From Takakia lepidozioides (Eukaryota; Plantae; Bryophyta), in the NCBI GenBank assembly GCA_030704615.1, contig CM060733.1, forward strand, positions 49,848,001-49,912,000: DNA of 64,000 nt. The letters are read 5' to 3'. A model generated the notes under the pieces. That model was not told the origin of the DNA and did not search any database. It worked only from the letters and a program-made list of their open reading frames with translations. The stretch's first letter is position 1, and each line of letters opens with the position of its first letter. The translations under genes were made by a program, and so were the position numbers. This document shows, piece after piece, positions 1-11,100 of the stretch.

Positions 1-2252
1 GCAGAGAGAACACATATAAAGGTGACATTGTTTGGCTTCAAGCCTTCCTTTTGCATTCCTTCAAATAGTTGTAGGACCTCCCTACGACAGCCATGCTGGG
101 CATATCCTGCGGTCATTGCATTCCATGAAACCACATCTCGTTCAGCCATATTTTCAAACACTCCCTTTGCATCGTTGATGCTCCCACACTTGGCATACAT
201 GTCGATGAGGGTAGTATCCAAGATGATATTTGGCACAATTCCAGCTTTCATGATGTCAGCATGGACCTCTTTGCCCTTTTCCAGAGCTCCCAGGCTGGCA
301 CACGCATTGCAAACGCACACGAATGTTACCTGGTTGGGCTTCACCCCTTCCTGCATCATTTGATCGTAGGTTTTCAAAGCCTCCATCCCACACCCATGCT
401 GGGCGTATCCTGTGATCATTGCAGCCCACGATACCACATTTCGTTCAGCCATATTGTTGAACAAGCCCTCTGCATCCTTGATGCTCCCGCATTTGGCATA
501 CATGTCCACGAGGGAAGTGTCCAAGATGACATTTGGCACAATTCTGGCTTTCATGATGTCAGCATGGACCTCTTTGCCCTTTTCTAGGGCTCCCAGGCTG
601 GCACATGCATTGCAAATGCAAACGAATGTGATCTGGTTGGGCTTCACCCCTTCCCACATCATTTGCTCATAGGTCTCCAAAGCCTCCATTCCAAAGCCAT
701 GCTTGGCATATCCTGCAATCATCGCACCCCATGACACAACATTTCGAGCAGGCATATTGTCGAACACTCCCTTTGCATCCTTGAGGCTCCCACATTTGGC
801 ATACATGTCGACAAGGGAAGTATCCAAGATGATATTTGGCACAATTCCAGCTTTCGTGATGTCAGCATGGACCTCTTTGCCCTTTTCCAGGGCTCCTAGG
901 CTAGCACACGCATTGCAAATGCAGACGAATGTGACTTGGTTGGGCTTCACCCCATCCTGCATCATTTGCTCATAGGTCTCCAAAGCCTCCATCCCGAACC
1001 CTTGCTGGGCATACCCTGCTATCATTGCACCCCAGGAAACCACATTTCGTTCAGCCATATTGTTGAATACTCCCTTTGCATCCTCGATGCTCCCGCATTT
1101 GGCATACATGTCCACTAGGGTAGTGTCCAAGATGACATTTGGCAGAATTCTTGCTTCCACGATGTCACCGTGGACTTCTTTTCCCTTTCTAAGATCGGCC
1201 AAGCTGGCACACGCCTTGAGGACGCAAATGAAGGTGACCTCATTGGGTGTCACTCCTTCCCGCATCATTTGCTGATAGGTCTCAAGGGTTTCCCTATAAT
1301 ATCCCTGCTTCACATACCCTGCCATCAGTATATTCCACGTAATCAAACCTCGTTCTGGCATATTGTCAAACACCAGGCGTGCATCCACAATGCTCCCACA
1401 CTTGGCATGCATGTTGACAATGGTGTTGTGTAGAAAGAGGTCTGGCTTGAATCCACTTTGGATAATGTGGAAATGCACCTGCTTGCCCTCTGCTAGACCT
1501 TTCATCTTGATGCACTCCTGCAAGAGACAAATATAAGTTTTGGAGTCTGCCGAAATACCTCCTTGGTTCAAAGTCTGCAACGCCTCTTTGAGTTGACCTG
1601 CCCTGCACAGTGTCCTTACATCCCAACATTTTTCAAAAGAGGTCGTCCTGGTGGGGGTGCCTGATTTACACAACTTTGCTGCCGCTGCTTTAAGTTGACC
1701 ATCCCACAGAGGTTTCTTGTAGCTATCAATCCGTAATCCCTCGTGGGTACTCTTGTGCCTGAAATCTGGTCCTAACCGACGAATCTTTTTGCCTCGATTG
1801 TCCCGACGTGGACCAGGGCTTGATAATTTTCCCTTCCACAGCTTCTCCTCGTTTGACATTGGAACTTTTGGATATTTGGGCCTAGCTGCATTCAGCTCCT
1901 CCAATTCACCATCCACCCGCACGGGCTTCTTGTATCTATCTATCCAGTTGTTACTCTTGTGATTGAACTCTGCTCCTCTACGATGGGTCTTTCTGCCTCG
2001 ATTGTCCCACCATCGACAGGGGTCTGCAGAATATCGGTTACTCAACTTCTCCACTTCTGTATTTTGGCTTTTGGGATATTTGCGTATGCGGCCTCTTTGC
2101 TCATCCCCCTGTCCATGAAGTTGGAATCCCTCTACGGGTCTCCACTTCCCAACAATCGACAGAAAATGCCTTGAAAAATAACTTATCGCAACGCCCTTGG
2201 GAATATGCACAAGGATCAACCCACGAGTTTTTGCAGTTCGCCCCTTGTCCAT
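1..2252 (-). CDS. PLS-class pentatricopeptide repeat protein (organellar RNA editing factor type); 3' end lies beyond the window
   Basis: Minus-strand frame read open from the ATG at 2252 to the window edge. It encodes repeated P-L-S triplets of about 101 aa (e.g. VVSWGAMIAGYAQQG...GVKPNQVTFVCICNACASLGALEKGKEVHADI...LVDMYAKCGSIEDAKGVF). It is absent from the ORF track because no stop occurs inside the window. The start is uncertain: an upstream ATG at 2583 is in another frame. Confidence 0.9.
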   Translation of the reverse strand, partial: MDKGRTAKTRGLILVHIPKGVAISYFSRHFLSIVGKWRPVEGFQLHGQGDEQRGRIRKYPKSQNTEVEKLSNRYSADPCRWWDNRGRKTHRRGAEFNHKSNNWIDRYKKPVRVDGELEELNAARPKYPKVPMSNEEKLWKGKLSSPGPRRDNRGKKIRRLGPDFRHKSTHEGLRIDSYKKPLWDGQLKAAAAKLCKSGTPTRTTSFEKCWDVRTLCRAGQLKEALQTLNQGGISADSKTYICLLQECIKMKGLAEGKQVHFHIIQSGFKPDLFLHNTIVNMHAKCGSIVDARLVFDNMPERGLITWNILMAGYVKQGYYRETLETYQQMMREGVTPNEVTFICVLKACASLADLRKGKEVHGDIVEARILPNVILDTTLVDMYAKCGSIEDAKGVFNNMAERNVVSWGAMIAGYAQQGFGMEALETYEQMMQDGVKPNQVTFVCICNACASLGALEKGKEVHADITKAGIVPNIILDTSLVDMYAKCGSLKDAKGVFDNMPARNVVSWGAMIAGYAKHGFGMEALETYEQMMWEGVKPNQITFVCICNACASLGALEKGKEVHADIMKARIVPNVILDTSLVDMYAKCGSIKDAEGLFNNMAERNVVSWAAMITGYAQHGCGMEALKTYDQMMQEGVKPNQVTFVCVCNACASLGALEKGKEVHADIMKAGIVPNIILDTTLIDMYAKCGSINDAKGVFENMAERDVVSWNAMTAGYAQHGCRREVLQLFEGMQKEGLKPNNVTFICVLS

Positions 2253-5140
2253 GAAGTTTGTCTTCCTCTACAGACCTCCCATCCCCGGCAATCGACATGA
2301 AACTGTTTGTAAAAAATCTCAACACAATGCGGCTCGGACAATGCACACGGATCAGCTCCCAAGTTTTTGAAGTTCCCAGAGCAGTGAAACTGTTTGACCA
2401 ATACCTGAACGCAATGAGGTTCGGAAAATGTACAGCGATCAGCCCACAAGTTTTTGAAGTTCGCAGAACAGGACTATTCTTGCCAGCAGCGGAGCTAGCG
2501 GGAGGCTGGTCAGGCCACCCCAAAGTCCCACGGGAACATGTGGAGGAGGCCACGCATGCCATGCGTAGTGCACGCGCTGCCATGGCTGCTCCTTCTCCAA
2601 CTTTTGCCCACTACTCTCCAATCTGGCGATGGCAGCTCTGATGACAATCAAAACATATTTGCCTTCCATTGTAGCTCGCACACTCGACTGACCACCAACA
2701 ACAATCGCCCTCTCTCTCCCTCAAGATGGTTGGCAGGGAAAACAAATCGCAACGTGAGACACTTCCATCGAACGAGATGTAATGAGCTCACTCGCTCAGA
2801 GTCGCAAAACTGAAAACCCTAGCACAAAGTTGGGTAATAACTAACTGCCTGCATGTTTGCAATTCAAGTTGGGGCTGCACAGTTGCTCTTGCTATATGGC
2901 TCCCTGTCAGCTAAGATAGGGCCCTGGTGTCTTGCTTACATGGAGTGACTTCCACAATTGAATGCACACCAAAAAAGTGCATCCACTCCTCCAAGTCTGC
3001 AAAGCATTCCATCACAAATCATGCACGTCTACATCCCGGTATCTGTCTATGAATTTTCTTGTCAAATCTCAGCTTTCCTCGGGTGCACAGTATTGCAAGC
3101 TCCACAATTTGTCCACCAACCCACTAGGTGTCTTCGCATTCTATTCTTCAATCCCAGGCTTCATGCATTTCTTCTACCCAACTACAACCCCTACAATTGT
3201 AATCCATGCCATTCGCTCCGCGTGTGGAACTCACCAGTGACCTATCTTGGCTAGGCACTATAATCTCCTTCTCGTTCTTTAATACCACATGATCCCAAAC
3301 TGATCATCGCTCTAAACACGGTTTGCAGCTCTGAGATCTGGAATTTGCAAGTGCTTTTCGAGAAATATCTGCTGTAGTAGGTACAGTACTTGTCTCGCAA
3401 GAAAGATTGGTTTTCATGCCGGTAGCCTTTTGGCAGTTGTGGCAGATCTGCCTACCAAAATATGTTTAGAAAAGCCAGGCCAGTAGGCATGTCTAATTGT
3501 GGCTGAACACATACATTTTCTTATGAAAAGGATCTCATCAAACAGAAGAAGGGTTGGATTCCAGTGTTGCATACTATGAATATCTAGAGTGACTATGGAC
3601 TTAGTCTCGTGCATATGCACCATCTTTTCAGTCCTTAAACATGCAAGTGACAAAGCCTTCATCTAACAACAGAGCTGTGGTCTCATCAATCCGAGCACAC
3701 ATATAGACAGGCACACGGAGCACAACAGCAATGCCACACTTCTACGCATGGAAGCCTATAGCGTGGCCGAAATCTCAGGTGCAGCTCCACATCTGTCTAC
3801 AATCATAAGGCTTGAAGAGTCTGGGCGCGCAAGCAAGCATGGCACCCAAACTCTTTCCTCGGTGAAGGTGGGCAGAAGCACATTGGCATTCAGATTGAAA
3901 ACTGAGGGCATCACAAGTGCACAGGCAGGCCATTCTATGAAGCCTGTTGCAGCATCAGCCATTTGCTTGGGGATCAGAATCCACACGCGCTGCTGTGCTC
4001 CTCCCTCACCCTCCACCTTCCCACTTTCTTTCCTAAGCAAGGCCTCCTGCCTTTATACTCTAACAAATGGTGACGAGGTTAGGGTTGAGATTCGAGGATT
4101 TAGGGCTAGGGTTTAGAAGAATGGCAAGAGAATTCAGATTTTTGCCTTCCGCAATTGTAGCTTGAGAAGGCCAGTGTATATGCTGAATCTATGGACGCTG
4201 GCAGGCCCATTCTGCGTGAGAGGCCTTGACTGACATTGACAACAATATGAGGGGCCTTTCTGTGAAACTGCTCACGCGAACTTTGGACTCAATTTGCAAA
4301 CTGGGATTTGGTATGGAGGTAGAAACGTTGTTGCCAGCTCTACCTTCACTCCCTTTTGCAAGTGACTCCAGCCCCTCCAAATCATTTCCTTGCACCGGCA
4401 CAAATGAGCAGCGACTGCCTCTGAGATCTGTGAGGCAGACAGTCTCCAGACTCTGGCAGGCTAACTTACCACCGGACCAGCATTTCAGCAATCATCCAGA
4501 ATGTCTGAATACAGTAATGGTGAACCACTTGCCATTGGATGTTTGACATTTGCATGAGTACAATTCCATATATCAACTGTCATTAATTAACCTGCCTTCT
4601 GCAAAAGAGTTAGCAAGTACTCTAAAGGAGTGTTTATTAAGCATGTGAGATCATCTAACTAGTTAGTAGTCGCTGGTGCAATGCTTACTGATACAGATAC
4701 AGGAGTCATCCATCAGTAATGTTCCGCTACCACATTCTCATTAACTTGCTGGCTGGACATATGGAATTTATCAGTTAGTTGAAACAGTCAAGACCGCTGC
4801 ATTGCTTGCTTGCTCACTTCGTGATGTCTCTCAAGGTTGTTTCCTACCCATGCAAATGCTGGTACCATGTCATCCAAGTTCATGACAAACTCACTGGATG
4901 CCTTTCCGCAGACCAAATTTGATCCTAGCTAACTGCATTTCAATCCCCACTGTTTTACAATTCTCATCAATCTCAATTGAGAGAATATATGACAGAGACA
5001 ATGTCAAAATCAATGTCAGCTGATCTGATGGCTTCATAGTGAAACAACTCTAACAATGTTTGTTCACTGCACAAGACAACGAACCCGAATAGACTGGCAC
5101 CAGGGGCAGGGGGGAAAACGAACAAAACTCCACCCCAGCA

Positions 5141-8100
5141 CTACGCACTGATATTCGGCCGATTCCCAGCAAGAATCAAGGAGATTTCTAAGCCTCGGCT
5201 GAAAGCTTGGTTGAACACAAGGCGTGTCTGGAAAGTAGAAACGAATGGAAACCATGACAAGAAGGCAATGGGAAGGAATACCACCATCCCCATACAAGCA
5301 TCGTACACCCTTGCAATGGTGCGCACTGATTTCCACAAACCCACCCACTCCATAACAGGCCTGAATGCTATTGCAATCTGTCACACAAACACTGCTGAAT
5401 CAGAAGAGAACAAACAAAACTGCAACCTGAAACAAAAACACAAATGCGTCAGACAGACATTCCTTCATTTTGACCACACAAGATCACAAATGCCAAAGGG
5501 AGCATAACAAACTAGACTTCAACTACATAACATGGGGTTGACAAAGAGGGGTTGGCTACGAACAAAGATCACATTTCCACAGTAGTCGATAATTCAGCAA
5601 ATAAAGTAGAAGAGCAAGAGGAGAAAGTGTAGAAAGCAGGAGCTGGCACGGACAGAGGAAACTTACAGAAATAAGGCCCCAGCCTGTGGGAATGTATGCC
5701 AGAGCCATGGCAAACACATCACCAACTGTGAGAGGTGACTTGACCACAGCCACCACAAGGCCTGCAATGAGACCTATGAACAAGAAACCCTGAAATAGCC
5801 GTACTGCTAGCTGGAAGTTGGCTGAAGCTTTCTGGCTGAAGGTAAAGACCTGCCAATACAGTTAGAATAAAATTGTCAAGAATTTAGTGCAATTTGGTGT
5901 CCCTCTTTTTGGGACAAGTCACGTTATTATGGATCGCAAATTTGCAATGCACCAACAGCTTTTGTTCTTCAACTCTTGGTTAGCCAATACTCAAACACAT
6001 TAGTACTAATAATACTCATTGGAAGGCTTAAGTCATAGTTTCTCATGCCATTACTGAAAATCATACAATCACACACAACACCATGAAAGTCCTAACTACA
6101 GATTTTCCTTGCAAGTTAGACGTGGTCAGCATTTGAACTCACCTTGAAGATCATCACTATTGCTACTAGCACCAACCATGAGTAAGCATACACCTGAATC
6201 ATTCCAGGTATACAAACCACGAGTAAGCATACACCTGAGTGCCATCATTCCAAGAGATAGATATACACTTACTTCTACAGGTTTCCAATGTTGGAAAACC
6301 ACTAGCGTATGGTCGGGCTAGGGATTGAACCTAGGACCTCCCCCATTCCGGTGGGGTGCTCTACCATTGAGCTACCCGTCCCTTTTTGTTCTCATAGTGC
6401 CGTGCAAGGGCTATAGCCTTGACACCTCCAACACTCCCCCTCAAGGCATAGCCCTTATAGCTGATGCCCACCCATTCTGACCATCGCCCCAACCTTGGCT
6501 CTGATACCATGTTGGAAAACCACTAGCGTATGGTCGGGCTAGGGATCGAACCTAGGACCTCCCCCATTCCGGTGGGGTGCTCTACCATTGAGCTACCCGT
6601 CCCTTTTTGTTCTCATAGTGCCGTGCAAGGGCTATAGCCTTGACACCTCCAACATCCAAGCCATTCCAAGTCATTAAATTTATGCTCCTCACCATTCAGA
6701 CCCTTATGTTAATGACTTTCGGGTTCCATGCTGAATATGACACTTCCTTTTCAAGGGGCATGTTATGCAAGGATATGGGTATGTCACTTGTGGTCATATA
6801 GAGGCAAATTCATTATCAAAAACACATCAGCAAACTGAACTTGGATTGGCTTTCAACCGGCTGCTACGAGGGACTGGAATCAAAGACACAAGGACAAGTT
6901 GCGTCATCAAACAGCCCTAACTTTGCCTCAAACTCTGCATCAATCAGGACTACAGTTTTGCTAGAAACAGAACACTCTTGATCTCTTCATGTAAGTAATC
7001 CTAGTCCCCCAGAGAATAGACAGCTGAAGAGTTGCCGGAAGTACTCACTATGATTTTGGTATTGTGGTTATCCACGTGAAGAGCATACACAACCCCATAC
7101 TGAAATAAAAAGAATCGCAAACTCAATATGAACTCCCAAAACCGGCCCCTCGGTGAACGGATGTGCTCCTGCATATCAGCCACTCAAAAGTACATCAACT
7201 TGTAGTTAAAACCAATAACAAGTGCATGAAGCTAGCGTGAAGCTAGACTGCAAATGAGTCAAATGGGAGGTTTTCTTCCAATGCCCGTCGCTTTCTCCAG
7301 AAAGAAAGAACCGTCCACAAAATCCCAAATACATTCCACAAGAGACTGGTTTTTCAAATGAATGATCTGGACCTTGCCCTTTCCTCTCTTTCCTCTTGAA
7401 ATTCTCATAGTGTCTGTGGCATTTGCCTCATTAGCTGGGGTTGCCTTTTCTGGGATGAGGTTTACTAGGCCAACCCCTGGTCGGCCTGTGCTGGGTCTGT
7501 TTCTTCACCCTTTCTCTTGGCTGGCTGTATGACGTATGGTCTATAAGATATTAACCCCTTTCCACACGCAAATGAAAAGATTTTGTTGAGAAAAACAAGA
7601 AAGAAAGGGAGAGAGAGCTCACTTGCTCCTCAGCCCACCAGGCTTCCCAGCTGCTATCACTCTTAACCCCAATACCACCTTTGTAGAGTAACCAGTTTGT
7701 CCAGTTATCAAAATCCTCCACTGTCCTGCACCAACCAAGCAGAGGAAACTCAGACTTTGGATCACTGGGCACAAACTATAGGTCCTGTCTCCAGCATTCT
7801 ATTCAAAATTGTGCAAATGTTCTTTAGGCAGGAGGAAGGAGGGTGTACATACTTTTGCCACTCAAAACCGGAAGGGTTGAAGATGTACGGAGCAAAAAGC
7901 CATGATAGAGCAAGAAACCAACTGCTGAAAGTAAGCAAGATGTAGGTAACGGCTGTCCGGTCCTCGGCCCCGTAAGCCAAATACACAATCAAGAGCATTA
8001 TTATCTCCAACCTGCACATTAGCATGCACAACAGAAACATAAAGAACAATAACCGGGTAAAACAACACACGGAGAAAGAAGGCAAACAAATAGTAATCAG

Positions 8101-11100
8101 AGAGGTAAGAAAAACCACATCCAGAGAAGACAACAAGAAGTGTTTTGTACCCATGTGAGGCCTGTAGGACCAAAAACACACATAGCGAAGCTCTCAAGAT
8201 TAAGAAATTCCCATCAACAATGTTTGGACACAGCTTCTGGGAGGTGGCATTCATGGCCTGTCTTTCTGGGTTTTCTTGGTTGGGTCTGAGTCCCACTTGC
8301 ACTTGCACTTGCAGCTTCTTTGCTTAATTGAAAAACAAAGTAGGGCACATCAAGTGTTTCAACTCTTGCCAAGATTGTCATCAAGCTTTTGCTAAAGAGA
8401 TTCCATATAAAGGGCTACAAGGTCATACAACATTTTCTAAGAAATGAAATGAAATAAAATGGTACTTTGTAACATCCGTGAGCAGGACAAGAGGAAATGA
8501 AATGAAGTGACAAGAGGAAGAAAGAAACAAGAAGAGAAATGAAATGAAATGAAATGAAATGGTGCTTCTTAACAAGAAGAGAGAGGGGCCACAAACAGAC
8601 CAAAGCTCAAGGGAAAACAAGGAACGAGAAGGAACAAATTAAATAATACTTCATACTTTTCTACTTCATAACGACAGAAAGAGAAACAATACATGAAATG
8701 AAATGGTCCTATTACTATTACTGTTAGTAATGGTAGTACCATTACCGTAACCTAAAGGGCCCAAGGACCAAGGCACTCAATAGAGATCAAGATGTGCTAT
8801 ACCTATCCGAGGGGCTCATTCCAGTAGTGTACCTCGAAATACACAATTCGTTCGGGCTTTTCAGATTTCCTCTAGAAATCACTTCACACAGGCATCAATC
8901 TGCTGTGTGTGAGCTGCCCAGCAATTAGGCCTCAAGATTTTGGAAGTTGGTGAACAGAGGTGCAGGGACTATGTTCTTGATCCCTGCACCTCTGCTCACC
9001 AACATAAACATAACATAGTCCATATCTTTACGTCGACCCAGCTCCTATTTCTCTGGAAGCCTGCCTGGACTCCAAATCGACCAAGAGACAATCTGCATAT
9101 TAATAGCTTGCCAACTGCGTTAAGTGTAATGCCACAGTAGTTCCCAGGCTCTTCTTTGTCACTTTTCTTATAAGTTTATTTCCTAGGAGACAGAAAGAGA
9201 CAAAAGGAATTTTGTAAACATCCTCAGGAATGTCTAGAGTTACTTCTGTAGTGCCAAATCACAAGCCCAATTCCTGTCTGTTATTGCAATATTTGCCTTA
9301 GACCACAAAGAAGTATAAGAACTTACGCTTTGACAAAATGACTGCGGGAGTACAGGCGATAGTTCTCAGCGAAGTTAATATGGCGCACCACAAACCCTCT
9401 TCCCGTAGCACGGTACTGCACATAACCAAAATTCAAACGATGAAACAAGCAAGGCCTAGTCCTGTGTGACATACAATTGCGAGTGTCATGGTCAATTGCA
9501 AGTCCTGTCCAAAAAACTGCGAGTGTCATTGTCAAGGCTACAGGGCCAGTACTGGGAAACAGAAAACAGCCAAACCAGCCTGAACATAGCTGTCCCTTGG
9601 TCCTTTTCGAGCAGCGGAGGTAGTATAGAGGGATTAGGGAGACGGTGAGTACCTTTGCACCCCCGTGTAGAATGGTCCGACCGAAATAGTGAGTACGTGT
9701 CCCCAGTGAGAATGTAAAGAACACTGAACACAATTGAAGCTGCATGGTACAGAAGCTGATTGCTGCCTGCGCTCAACAAAAACCTAAATGAGCACAATTC
9801 CTCTCTTGAACATGATGACTGGAGCTGACCAACCCAATTCATAGAAAGTCAAACGACAAATTACCCAACTAGATAGCTACAAGATAGATTGGTTCTTTTT
9901 GCACTTTAGGCCACAGTCATCCCATAAATTCTTTGATCGCGATATGGACATTAAAATCTTTTGTTATATCTGTCTCTCTTACAAACCTATTCCTGGAAGG
10001 CTGTTGACAATAAGAGTATGCAGATAAGCTGCCAAGCATCTGATCCTCACACTCAGCAACGGACTGGCTGTTCCGGAATGGGCAATAGTCTCTTCCCCAG
10101 GTTCTCTCATAACAGAGACGGCAGTGTATAAAGAACCTCATGTTCAAGGGGGACCCTGAGGACCCAGGGGATGAAGTAGAGCTAAAACCCCCTCAGAGAC
10201 TCCAAATGCTGCCCCAATATTGGTAATCTGTTCCTCCTTCCAAGGTGTTACAGTCAGGACACATCTAGCCTCAGGGGCCGTCACTCAAGAGAACTTTAAA
10301 AAAGACATCAAGGGTTGAAATGAAATGAAATGAAATGGTCCTTTATAGCGTTCGCGGAAAGCTCAAAGAGCTTATGGGACAGAAGGGAAAAACAGGAAAG
10401 AAAAGGAGAGAAAGAACAGGGAACATGTCAACAGAAAGAGGGCAAGCAAGCCCAGACGATAAAAGAAAGAACTTTCCAACAATCACCGGAAGAAAACAGA
10501 GCTTATGGGATAAAGAGTAATGAAATGAAATGACACTCCCACCCTGAACCTCCCAATGCCCTAAGGAAGAGAGGGAGATAGAGCTGCAGACAGGTGATAA
10601 GGCTGCAAGCTCCTATCATCATGGAGAACCAAAAATGTCTCATGATAGAAGTGCAGTTTTGTTGTTAGAGTGGCTGGTTTCCACATCCGCCTGACGTGCA
10701 GTTTCATAAGTTCTCTTCTGATGCATCTATTGCAGTCCTATTTGGATGCAATATCCACCCACTCCACATTTTGTGGCAGTAGGGCAGCAATGCAGAGTCC
10801 AATGCTCTGGAAAAAGTTGGACGCTTGAGCATAACATGACTGCTTAGAACCAGCTGTTTTGAGCCTGATAGATGTTGTGAGGGCCCAGGCTATCAACTCT
10901 TTGGGTGGAGGACCTGTAATTTTTTAAGAAAGATTGTCAGCCGGAAGATGGCCGAAAGATGGGCTCGGTTTAAAGGGGGACACATGAAAAATCCCACACA
11001 TAGAATTTGTTATGGTGTTCTCCCTCTAGCTCCAAGCTTCCGTGGAGGAAAGACGATTGCAGCGGTTCCAGATTTTTTCCCACCAGGAAACTGCTACAGC

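Larger units (their letters stand above)
6289..6654 (-). mobile_element. Terminal-repeat retrotransposon in miniature (TRIM) with tRNA-derived LTRs, in a callose synthase intron
   Basis: Two 145-bp direct repeats (6289-6433, 6510-6654) begin TGTTGGA and end TCCAACA and differ at one base. The 76-bp internal region carries PBS TGGTATCAGAGCCA (- strand, 6509-6496, complementary to the tRNA-iMet 3' end) and PPT TGAGGGGGAG (6443-6434). TSD TCCAA at 6284-6288 and 6655-6659. Confidence 0.95.

Noticed and set aside
22-1433. Repetitive plus-strand ORFs in the ORF track (MLPHLAYMS...)
   Set aside because: They are antisense shadows of the minus-strand PPR repeats.
2890-3200. miR160/miR166-like words and a GCSWVE peptide on the minus strand
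   Set aside because: The matches are short and partial, no precursor hairpin is evident, and the frame has several stops with no recognisable family.
6434-6509. Hammerhead ribozyme (retrozyme) in the TRIM
   Set aside because: No CUGANGA...GAAA core with flanking helices was found on either strand.
6310-6602. Two tandem functional tRNA-Ser(GGA) genes
   Set aside because: There is no long variable arm, position 33 is C and the acceptor has a mismatch; both copies sit inside LTRs bounded by a PBS, PPT and TSD.
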